A DNA stretch of 64,000 nt, taken from the NCBI GenBank assembly GCA_021796335.1, contig JAJYHZ010000002.1, forward strand, positions 100,516 through 164,515, in the 5' to 3' direction. This stretch comes from a bacterium (GTDB lineage Bacteria; Patescibacteriota; Minisyncoccia; UBA6257; UBA9933). The notes beneath the pieces were generated by a model. That model saw only the letters and a program-made list of their open reading frames with translations, was not told the origin of the DNA and searched no databases. The translations under genes and the position numbers were made by a program. Of the stretch, positions 57,037-64,000 are shown piece by piece. Position 1 is the stretch's first letter. Each line of letters starts with the position of its first letter.

Positions 57037-57176
57037 TAGGATAATCATACAATAATCTGTCGCAAAATAAAATGTTTCACGAATTATGTGAAACATTTTT
57101 CCCATAGTTTCCCCAATTAGTATCAGTTCTAATTAAATAGGCATTTTAGAGGTATTTTAGCAAAAACGGCAAAACC

Positions 57177-57185
57177 TGTGGATAA
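57177..57185 (-). promoter_or_regulatory. perfect DnaA box (TGTGGATAA, TTATCCACA on the minus strand)
   Basis: Exact 9-mer consensus. A weaker GGGGGATAA follows at 57197-57205. It lies in the AT-rich non-coding region with the parS array. Confidence 0.6.
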
Positions 57186-57354
57186 TTAGGCAAAGTGGGG
57201 GATAACTCGGTCAAAATGAGGTAGTTTGCCAGATTTTAGAAATGAATTTCTCTTCATGAAATCTATCTACTTTTGTAGATAGCTATAAACTAATTCAAGT
57301 TCGTGAAATTTAGCTATTATGAGTTGTTTTTCCCCCAAAAATAATCTATTCAAA

Positions 57355-57392
57355 TCTGTAAATGATGTTTCACGTGAAACATCATTTACAGA
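57355..57392. promoter_or_regulatory. parS: parS site 1 within a 38-bp perfect palindrome
   Basis: TGTTTCACGTGAAACA at 57366-57381 is the exact consensus parS for chromosomal ParB/Spo0J. Flanks TCTGTAAATGA and TCATTTACAGA extend perfect symmetry to 38 bp. Confidence 0.85.
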
Positions 57393-57404
57393 AAAGTTCC
57401 CTTT

Positions 57405-57442
57405 TTTGTCAGGCATGTTTCACGTGAAACATGCCTGACAAA
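57405..57442. promoter_or_regulatory. parS: parS site 2 within a 38-bp perfect palindrome
   Basis: TGTTTCACGTGAAACA at 57416-57431. Flanks TTTGTCAGGCA and TGCCTGACAAA. Confidence 0.85.
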
Positions 57443-57457
57443 TTTTAATGTTTCGCG

Positions 57458-57491
57458 TGTCATCAATGTTTCACGTGAAACATTGATGACA
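57458..57491. promoter_or_regulatory. parS: parS site 3 within a 34-bp perfect palindrome
   Basis: TGTTTCACGTGAAACA at 57467-57482. Flanks TGTCATCAA and TTGATGACA. Confidence 0.85.
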
Positions 57492-57507
57492 AATTTTTCT
57501 CTCTTTT

Positions 57508-57545
57508 TGTGTCACGAGTGTTTCACGTGAAACACTCGTGACACA
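57508..57545. promoter_or_regulatory. parS: parS site 4 within a 38-bp perfect palindrome
   Basis: TGTTTCACGTGAAACA at 57519-57534. Flanks TGTGTCACGAG and CTCGTGACACA. Confidence 0.85.
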
Positions 57546-57745
57546 TTTATCAATTATTCATTTATTAATATTTCACGCAAAACATTATTTCAAAAAACGA
57601 GAGGCATAGGAATATATAGATTTTGTTTTTGTTTTTTATTAAGGAATTTCATTCTTAAAATTCGTAGATCCTGGATAAATCCTTTGAATAATTCTTAGCA
57701 TTTATTTTTATAATTCTAATCGTTTCCTCCCTAAATAAAGAATAA

Positions 57746-57761
57746 TGTTTCGCGTGAAACA
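57746..57761. promoter_or_regulatory. parS: parS variant (1 mismatch: TGTTTCGCGTGAAACA)
   Basis: Single central A to G change from the consensus. Further half-sites lie at 57067-57099 (halves split by 7 nt), 57446-57458 and 57815-57838 (two direct ATGTTTCAC). Confidence 0.6.
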
Positions 57762-57781
57762 TATCCCTATAAAAAGTCTTT

Positions 57782-57802
57782 AATTCGGCAATTTGCCGAA
57801 TT
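57782..57802 (+). terminator. hairpin AATTCGGCAA-T-TTGCCGAATT plus T-run
   Basis: Perfect 10-bp stem followed by ACTTTTTT, about 50 bp upstream of yraN. It may end a + strand transcript from the parS region or attenuate yraN. Confidence 0.4.
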
Positions 57803-57854
57803 ACTTTTTTAATTAATGTTTCACAAATGTTTCACACTTATTTATACTTAATGC

Positions 57855-58238
57855 ATGAATAAATTAGAAACAGGAAATAAAGGGGAAGATCTGGCCTGTA
57901 AATATTTAAAAGAAAAGGGCTATAGAATTATTGAAAGAAATTTCAGACTTCCCTGGGGAGAGATTGATATTATTGCCAAGGCGCCCAACAAAACAGTTGC
58001 CTTTGTGGAAGTTAAGACTATGTATAATAATTCCTGCATAGGATCGGAAATATGTTTGATGCCGGAAGACCAGTTAAGCGATTCAAAATTAAGGAAATTC
58101 AAACGGATTGCCGAAGAGTATGCGAATGAATTTCCAGTAATAATTGATGATGCGGCTGGCTGGCGCTTGGATTTAATTGCGATTTCATTAAATGACAAAA
58201 AAAATTCGATAAGGCATTACGAAAATATTGATTTATAA
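57855..58238 (+). CDS. yraN: YraN/UPF0102-family predicted endonuclease
   Basis: GNKGEDLACKYLKEKGYRIIERNFRLPWGEIDIIA...VAFVEVK is the UPF0102 signature. 127 aa. Confidence 0.7.
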   Translation: MNKLETGNKGEDLACKYLKEKGYRIIERNFRLPWGEIDIIAKAPNKTVAFVEVKTMYNNSCIGSEICLMPEDQLSDSKLRKFKRIAEEYANEFPVIIDDAAGWRLDLIAISLNDKKNSIRHYENIDL

Positions 58239-58241
58239 AAA

Positions 58242-58264
58242 AGAAAGGCGGCATCATGTGCCGC
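58242..58264. terminator. bidirectional terminator GGCGGCATCATGTGCCGCC
   Basis: Lies between the convergent yraN and response-regulator genes. Confidence 0.55.
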
Positions 58265-58613
58265 CGTTTATCACCTCAAAAAGTTTGCTAAACTCAAGGG
58301 GTTTATAAAGAATATTAATATCTTTCATATTTAATCTCCCCTTGTTTATTTCCTCGATACACCAATCTGGTTTCCCAGTCATTAAGGCAAATTTTATCCA
58401 TGGCCGGACTTGTGCTACATACGCCAAAACATCAAGTCCGTCTCTCTTCGGCATTTCCAGATCGGTTAAAACAAAATCAAAATCATGCTGCCTAAAGGCA
58501 TTAATTCCCTCCTCTCCATCGGCAGCTGTTATTACCTCCCAGCCGGCCATTTCAAAAAAATCGCGCAATACCTCGACATTAATTGGCCTGTCATCAACAA
58601 CTAAAATTCTCAA
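58254..58613 (-). CDS. single-domain response regulator (CheY-like receiver)
   Basis: MRILVVDDRPINVEVLRDFFEMAGWEVITAADGEEG...FVLTDLEMPKRDG...K. 119 aa. No cognate kinase in the window. Confidence 0.75.
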   Translation of the reverse strand: MRILVVDDRPINVEVLRDFFEMAGWEVITAADGEEGINAFRQHDFDFVLTDLEMPKRDGLDVLAYVAQVRPWIKFALMTGKPDWCIEEINKGRLNMKDINILYKPLEFSKLFEVINGGT

Positions 58614-58674
58614 AGAATTCTCCTTTCCTGTTTTAAATCGGCTTTAAATAAAGCTGGCACTATCCTATCAATAT

Positions 58675-59124
58675 TTATTTAATTTGTAAAATGCGTTCTG
58701 TCTCTTTTTTACCGTAATCCAGATAAATAAGGATTTTGTTTTTGGGAATAATTTTGGATATTTTTTCCGGCCATTCTATAAGAATGATGTTTTGCGGATC
58801 GGAAATTATTTTTTTAAAATTTAAATCCAATATTTCTTTCGGATTTTTTATGCGATACGCATCTATATGGTGAATATTTTTATAACCTGAAGATCGAAGT
58901 TTATAGCTCTTCATGATTACAAAAGTGGGAGAGGTGATTTTTGATTTTATTCCGAGCCCTCGCATAAATCCCTGGATAAAAGTTGTTTTTCCGGCGCCAA
59001 GATTGCCCTTAAATAGAATAATCAGGGCCTGATCTTCAAAAATTTTTTTTTTGGCAATTTCAGATGCAAATATCTTTGCGACTTCTTGAGTGTGGACGGA
59101 AGAAATAGTTCGAATTTTTGCCAT
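58675..59124 (-). CDS. tsaE: tRNA threonylcarbamoyladenosine biosynthesis protein TsaE
   Basis: P-loop GNLGAGKTTFIQGFMRGLG...SPTFVI is the YjeE/TsaE signature. Confidence 0.8.
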   Translation of the reverse strand: MAKIRTISSVHTQEVAKIFASEIAKKKIFEDQALIILFKGNLGAGKTTFIQGFMRGLGIKSKITSPTFVIMKSYKLRSSGYKNIHHIDAYRIKNPKEILDLNFKKIISDPQNIILIEWPEKISKIIPKNKILIYLDYGKKETERILQIK

Positions 59125-59172
59125 TAGTTTAAGTTTAGCAAAAACCCCGCCATTTTGAAGGGCGGGGCAAGT

Positions 59173-59520
59173 TTATTTCTTTGCAATTATCAGCGCCGTA
59201 TTAAAACTTAACATCTTTAGATAAACTTTGAACCCTATATTTTTGAGCCATTCAATCTGGTCTTCCACTGGCGCTAAATCGTTTAAGTTATAATGATGAT
59301 GCGCCCATTCTTCTAGGGTTTTTTTATCTGTAGATTTTTCCACAAGGTGGTGAAAATGTAAGGCTTGATTTAAAGCTGCTTTTTTGGGATTTTTATAGGT
59401 CATTAGATCGCCGAAAATAAATACTCCTTTTGGTTTTAATAAAGAATATATTTTCTTAAACAGAAACTGCTTGCCTTTATGATTTTGATGATGAATACCA
59501 ATTACAGAAACCTTTCTCAT
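59173..59520 (-). pseudogene. C-terminal fragment of a class-I SAM-dependent methyltransferase (likely truncated)
   Basis: Only the post-motif-II half is present (LLKPKGVFIFGDL...). No GxGxG SAM-binding motif and no upstream ORF supplies it. Confidence 0.4.
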
Positions 59521-59815
59521 GATTCATTAAAAAATAATGATGCGGATAAATCATTATTAAGGGAGGTAAAATTTTTACCAGAAAAATATAAATTTAAAAG
59601 TACAATAGATATTTTTAAAGATAAAGTTTTAATAATAAGTCCTGAAATAAGCTCGCTTGCAGTTGTATTGGAAGTCCCAGCAATGGTAGATGTTTTTAAG
59701 TCTGTTTTTGAAATAACTTGGGACACTTTGTAAAAAGCTGAGTGGATAATCTAAAAATCCGCCTTGGCGGATTTTTAGTTATAGATTCTTCGCAAAGTTC
59801 AGAATGGCACACTTA

Positions 59816-60334
59816 TTAACGTTTGCCCCATTGCGGCGCTCGTCTTGCTTTTTTCTTTCCGAATTTCTTTCTTTCAACAATTCGGGCATCTCGGGTGAGT
59901 AATCCAAGTTTTCTTAATCTTTTTTTGAAAATCGGATTGAATTCGATTAAGGCTCTGGCAATTCCGAGTTTGGCAGCTTCCGATTGTGCCGATAGTCCGC
60001 CGCCATTTATTTTAATAACAGCCCCAAGTTTGTCGGTCAGCTTCATTTTTTCTATCGGACTGACGACTTCTTTTTGCTGCCTAATTATCGTGAAATATTG
60101 GTTTAGCGGTCTTTCATTAACCACGAAAGTCTGGTTTTTGGTAAAAAGCCTGACCCGGGCAACCGCGCTTTTCCTTCGGCCGACCGCTTCAAAATATTTT
60201 TCTTTTCTGTGGTGGACAATATGTTTTTTTGCCTGTTCTTCTTTTCCTTCGGCTGTCTCGGTTTTTTCTTCAGCGCCTTTCGGTTCCACGGTTTTCGGTT
60301 CTTTTTTGGTTTTTGTGGTAATTTTATCCGGCAT
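59816..60334 (-). CDS. rpsI: 30S ribosomal protein S9 with Lys/Glu-rich N-terminal extension
   Basis: C-terminal GGGLSAQSEAAKLGIARALIEFNP...RKKFGKKKARRAPQWGKR is the S9 signature. About 45 extra N-terminal residues. Confidence 0.85.
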   Translation of the reverse strand: MPDKITTKTKKEPKTVEPKGAEEKTETAEGKEEQAKKHIVHHRKEKYFEAVGRRKSAVARVRLFTKNQTFVVNERPLNQYFTIIRQQKEVVSPIEKMKLTDKLGAVIKINGGGLSAQSEAAKLGIARALIEFNPIFKKRLRKLGLLTRDARIVERKKFGKKKARRAPQWGKR

Positions 60335-60335
60335 C

Positions 60336-60680
60336 TTATTTTTCTATTACTAAATTTTTAATTCTGATATTTTGCAATTTGTTTTTAGGAAGCATTCGAA
60401 GGACTGCCCGGCGGAGCGCCTCTTCTTTTCCTTTTTTCTCAACAACTTCTTGATATGTTTCTTCTTTTAAGTGACCCATATAACCGGTATGGCGGAAATA
60501 AATCTTTTGAGTCTCTTTTCTGCCACTGATAGTCATTCTGTCAATATTTTTGATAATTACCTTGTTTTCTCCGGCAAGCCTTGGTTCGTAATTCGGGCTG
60601 GTTTTTCCTTGTAAAATAACCGCCACTTCACTGGCCAGTCTTCCCAAATTTTTATTTGTCGCATCAATGACGTGTTCCAT
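60336..60680 (-). CDS. rplM: 50S ribosomal protein L13
   Basis: MEHVIDATNKNLGRLASEVAVILQGK... fits the L13 pattern. rplM-rpsI order conserved. Confidence 0.85.
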   Translation of the reverse strand: MEHVIDATNKNLGRLASEVAVILQGKTSPNYEPRLAGENKVIIKNIDRMTISGRKETQKIYFRHTGYMGHLKEETYQEVVEKKGKEEALRRAVLRMLPKNKLQNIRIKNLVIEK

Positions 60681-60737
60681 AATTTCTTAAAATAGCCTTA
60701 TGACAATACCAAAAAAATAACCGTTTAGTCAATACTT

Positions 60738-62882
60738 TTACTGTTTTTTCCCTTCTACGATTTGCTGAGTAATGTTGCCTGGAACTTCTTCGTAGTGATC
60801 AAATTCCATACTGAAACTGCCGCGTCCTTGGGTCATAGAACGAAGTTTGGTGGCATATCCAAACATTTCGGAAAGCGGAACCTTACAATCAATAACCTTA
60901 ATATTGGCGCGGTCATTCATGGCTTCGATTCTGCCTCTCTTTGAATTCAAATCACCAGTCACATCGCCCAAAAATTCGGCCGGAGCAATAACCTGAACTT
61001 TCATAATAGGCTCCATTAGAATCGGCTTTGCCCGCTTAGCAGCTTCCTGGAAAGCCATGGCACCGGCAATTTTAAAAGCCATTTCGGACGAATCAACTTC
61101 ATGGAAAGACCCATCATAAAGAGCAACTTCAACATCAGTCATCGGAAAGCCGGCGACAACACCTTTATCCAAAGCTTCTTTGACGCCTTTTTCAACAGCA
61201 GGAATAAATTCCTGAGGAATGGCGCCTCCTTTGATTTGATTGACGAAAACAAATCCTTTACCGCCCTCCAACGGCTTAACCTTGAGCCAAGCATGGCCGT
61301 ATTGGCCGCGTCCGCCCGACTGCCTGACATATTTTCCTTCCGCCTCAGCCTCGCCTTTAATAGTTTCGCGATAAGCAACCTGTGGCCGGCCGGTATTGGC
61401 TTCAACATTAAACTCCCTTTTCATGCGATCAACGAGAATTTCCAGGTGAAGTTCACCCATGCCACCGATAATAGTATCGCCTGTTTCATGATCGGTCGAG
61501 ATTTTGAAGGTCGGATCTTCTTCCGCCAGCCTTCTCATGGCAATACCCATTTTTTCCTGATCGGCTTTGGTTTTCGGTTCGATGCGAACGGAAATAACCG
61601 GCTCGGGGAAAGTAATTTTCTCCAAAACAATCGGACTGGCCGGATCGCAAAGCGTATCCCCGGTTGAAGTGTTTTTTAACCCGACAATAGCGCCCAAATC
61701 TCCGGCATACATTTCTTCAACCTCTTCGCGTTTGTTTGAGTGCATTCGGACAATGCGCCCGATTCTTTCCTGCTCGCCTTTGGTTGAGTTTAAAATGTAA
61801 GTTCCTTTTTTAAGAACGCCGCCGTAAACGCGGAAATAAGTAAGGTTCCCGACAAACGGATCGGTCGCAATTTTAAAAGCCAGAGCCGTCAAAGGTTCGG
61901 AATCATTTGGCTGGCGAATGATTTCTGCTTCAGTTTTCGGATCAGTCCCTTTAATCGGTTTAATTTCTTCGATATCAAGAGGGGACGGGAGATAATCCAA
62001 GACAGCATCAAGCATTAATTGAACTCCTTTGTTTTTCAGAGCAGAACCGCAAAGAACCGGGATTAATTCAGTACTGGTTGTTGCTTTTCTTAAAGTTTTC
62101 CTGATGTCGTTAGCAGGAATCTCTTCGCCAGCCAAATATTTTTCCATTAAGGCTTCATCTTTTTCAACGACTTTTTCTATTAATTCAGTTCTTGTTTTTT
62201 CGGCTTCAGATTTCAAATCAGCGGGGATTTCTTTTTCGGTAATTTTTTCACCATGTTCACCTTCAAAGAAATAAGCCTTCATTTCAATTAAATCAATGAC
62301 GCCTTCAAAATTCGCTTCTGCGCCAATCGGCATCTGAACGGCAATGGCATTAGGGGTTAACCTTTCTTTAATGGAGTTAAATGAAAAATTAAAGCTGGCA
62401 CCCATGCGATCAAGCTTATTTATGAAACAAATTCTCGGAACGCGATATTTGTCGGCTTGATGCCAAACGGTCTCCGACTGAGGTTCAACTCCGGCAACGC
62501 CATCGAAAACAACAACACCCCCGTCAAGAACGCGCAAAGATCTTTCCACTTCAACGGTAAAATCAACGTGCCCCGGAGTATCAATAATATTAATACGATA
62601 TTCTCCTTCTTTGCGAATAATTTGCTTTTCGTCGTCATCTTTTGCCCTTGATAAATCGCGAGTCGAGGTCCAAAAGCAGGTGGTAGCGGCGGAAGTTATG
62701 GTAATACCGCGCTCTCTTTCCTGTTCCATCCAGTCCATAACAGCTGCACCTTCATGGACTTCGCCAATTTTATGAGAAATTCCGGTATAAAAAAGCACAC
62801 GTTCACTTACTGTGGTCTTACCGGCATCGATATGGGCTATTATGCCTATATCGCGATATTTTTCTATTGGATATTGACGCAT
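60738..62882 (-). CDS. fusA: elongation factor G
   Basis: [10 protein letters not shown]1 motif and [11 protein letters not shown]. 714 aa, full EF-G domain set. Confidence 0.95.
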   Translation of the reverse strand: MRQYPIEKYRDIGIIAHIDAGKTTVSERVLFYTGISHKIGEVHEGAAVMDWMEQERERGITITSAATTCFWTSTRDLSRAKDDDEKQIIRKEGEYRINIIDTPGHVDFTVEVERSLRVLDGGVVVFDGVAGVEPQSETVWHQADKYRVPRICFINKLDRMGASFNFSFNSIKERLTPNAIAVQMPIGAEANFEGVIDLIEMKAYFFEGEHGEKITEKEIPADLKSEAEKTRTELIEKVVEKDEALMEKYLAGEEIPANDIRKTLRKATTSTELIPVLCGSALKNKGVQLMLDAVLDYLPSPLDIEEIKPIKGTDPKTEAEIIRQPNDSEPLTALAFKIATDPFVGNLTYFRVYGGVLKKGTYILNSTKGEQERIGRIVRMHSNKREEVEEMYAGDLGAIVGLKNTSTGDTLCDPASPIVLEKITFPEPVISVRIEPKTKADQEKMGIAMRRLAEEDPTFKISTDHETGDTIIGGMGELHLEILVDRMKREFNVEANTGRPQVAYRETIKGEAEAEGKYVRQSGGRGQYGHAWLKVKPLEGGKGFVFVNQIKGGAIPQEFIPAVEKGVKEALDKGVVAGFPMTDVEVALYDGSFHEVDSSEMAFKIAGAMAFQEAAKRAKPILMEPIMKVQVIAPAEFLGDVTGDLNSKRGRIEAMNDRANIKVIDCKVPLSEMFGYATKLRSMTQGRGSFSMEFDHYEEVPGNITQQIVEGKKQ

Positions 62883-62940
62883 AAAATAGTAATTAGAAAT
62901 TGGTGGTTAGTAATTAGAGAAATTATTAAGTCCCAGCTTT

Positions 62941-63034
62941 CTAATTATTTTTAAAAAGACTACGGCTTACGGACTACCAACTACGGCAACATAAAATCCG
63001 TAGTCGGCAGACTATAGTCAGTAGTCATAATTAG
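62941..63034. repeat. heptad-repeat inverted-repeat element (GACTACGG units) with CTAATTAT/ATAATTAG termini
   Basis: GACTACGG CTTACGG ACTACCA ACTACGG .. CCGTAGTCGGCAGACTATAGTCAGTAGTC, bounded by 8-bp terminal inverted repeats, in the rpsG-fusA spacer. Related copies at 2755-2822 and 45530-45565. Confidence 0.7.
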
Positions 63035-63502
63035 TTACCGGGCGAAGTGAGCAAATGCACGATTGGCTTCGGCCATTCTGTGGACATTTTGCTTTTTCTT
63101 AATGGCCGCACCTTCGTTTTTATATGCGGCAATGATCTCTTCTGCTAATTTATCAGCCATTGGTTTGCCTTTTTTGGCAGTGGCAGCCTCAATAATCCAG
63201 TTGCAACCCAAAAAAAATCTTCTTTCGGGCCGTACTTCTCGGGGAACCTGATAGTTGGCTCCGCCAACTCGTTTTGAAACGACCTCAATTAACGGCGAAA
63301 CGTTTTCAAGAGCTTTTTCAAAAACCGTTATAGGATCTGATTCGGTTTCTTTTTGGATTTTGTTGAAAGCCTTATAGAGAACTTTTTCGGCAACGGATTT
63401 TTCGCCGTTTTTCATTAAGTAGTTAACAAAGCGGCCGAGCGCAACGGAATTGAATTGGACGTCCGGATTATGTTCTTTTTTATATTTTCTTTTTCTTCTC
63501 AT
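63035..63502 (-). CDS. rpsG: 30S ribosomal protein S7
   Basis: 155 aa with conserved S7 motifs (PDVQFNSVALGRFVNYLMKNGEKS..., GANYQVPREV). Confidence 0.9.
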   Translation of the reverse strand: MRRKRKYKKEHNPDVQFNSVALGRFVNYLMKNGEKSVAEKVLYKAFNKIQKETESDPITVFEKALENVSPLIEVVSKRVGGANYQVPREVRPERRFFLGCNWIIEAATAKKGKPMADKLAEEIIAAYKNEGAAIKKKQNVHRMAEANRAFAHFAR

Positions 63503-63605
63503 TTAAATAAAGAAATAAATTTTCACAAATTAAGGACAAATTTTTGCAAATCACGAATTTTACTTTGTGTTTTACATTTATTTATTTCTTATCTGCGATT
63601 ATTTA

Positions 63606-63950
63606 TTATTTTTTAGCTTTCTTGGCGCCGTATTTGCTGCGCTCCTGTTTTCTATTGGAAACTCCGGCGGCATCCAAAACTCCTCTTACAATGTGATATC
63701 GGACACCGGGAAGGTCTTTAACTCTTCCGCCCCGCAACATAACGACAGAGTGTTCCTGTAAATTATGCCCCATTCCCGGAATGTAAGCGGTAACCTCCAT
63801 TCCATTGGTCAATCTGACCCTGGCAACTTTTCGAAGGGCCGAGTTTGGTTTTTTCGGGGTGGTTGTGAAAACTTTCAAGCAAACGCCGCGTTTAAAAGGG
63901 GAATCGGAATTAACCGGCCTATTTTTAATAGTATTAAAATAAAGCCCCAT
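63606..63950 (-). CDS. rpsL: 30S ribosomal protein S12
   Basis: [31 protein letters not shown]...[19 protein letters not shown] is the S12 signature. Confidence 0.85.
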   Translation of the reverse strand: MGLYFNTIKNRPVNSDSPFKRGVCLKVFTTTPKKPNSALRKVARVRLTNGMEVTAYIPGMGHNLQEHSVVMLRGGRVKDLPGVRYHIVRGVLDAAGVSNRKQERSKYGAKKAKK

Positions 63951-64000
63951 GGCGGGAGATTTGGATTTTTTAGATCCTGTTTTTCTATTTTTTTTGATCA

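Noticed and set aside
57037-57105. N-terminal 23-codon extension of the recombinase ORF (MGKMFHIIRETFYFATDYCMIIL)
   Set aside because: MFH and its mirror image are encoded by a parS-like inverted repeat (ATGTTTCAC...GTGAAACAT). The conserved XerC/D N-terminus begins at MEINRLL, so the extension is an artefact of the palindrome.
57355-57545. Possibility that the repeated palindromes are a CRISPR array or attC/integron sites
   Set aside because: The repeats are inverted, not direct. There are no unique spacers of regular length and no cas genes. The shared core matches the parS consensus exactly.
59823-60353. ORF 59823..60353 (+), 176 aa
   Set aside because: It is antisense to rpsI, which has the diagnostic S9 C-terminus. 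Its translation is Phe/Ser-rich reverse-frame noise.

Overview
64 kb from a small, AT-rich genome (most of the window looks roughly 35-40% G+C by eye), dense with short housekeeping genes. From gene content and architecture (archaeal-type AspRS plus gatCAB, a lone split transketolase subunit, a split comEC, many tiny membrane proteins) I infer a Patescibacteria/CPR-like or similarly reduced bacterium; this is inference only. I call about 80 CDS, among them pnp, rpsO, secG, rnj, trpS, trmD, gatCA, metG, aspS, ndk, pyrD, rpmB, rplS, rpsA, gyrA, tsaE, rpsI, rplM, fusA, rpsG and rpsL. There are four tRNA-Leu genes (CAA, CAG, GAG, TAG), one tRNA-Pro(GGG), and many GC-rich hairpin terminators. Features the gene calls do not explain: (1) a 200-bp array at 57355-57545 of four perfect consensus parS sites (TGTTTCACGTGAAACA), about 51 bp apart, each extended into a different perfect 34-38 bp palindrome. 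More variant and split half-sites lie in the same 750-bp non-coding region, next to a DnaA box, a XerC/D-type recombinase and a tRNA-Leu. This looks like a centromere, possibly the origin-proximal region. (2) A dispersed 45-bp element (a 34-bp perfect palindrome containing GCGATCGC, followed by a perfect DnaA box TTATCCACA) present in 5 copies. (3) Two diverged tandem copies of a ~130-bp conserved non-coding element with compensatory changes, each carrying one of those 45-bp elements. (4) A compositionally foreign (GC-rich) 4-gene operon of unknown proteins at 53163-55892, beside three tandem VirB2/TrbC-like pilin paralogs. (5) A wHTH plus Cas2/PaaX-like regulator. (6) A second palindrome family (ACTATCAC-NN-GTGATAGT) built the same way, conserved core plus variable outer arms. 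(7) A membrane-anchored ClpB-like ATPase whose first AAA module looks inactive. (8) Tandem paralogous small cysteine-rich proteins. (9) A 62-bp direct duplication spanning the 3' end of tRNA-Leu(GAG). (10) A heptad-based repeat family in ribosomal-protein operon spacers.
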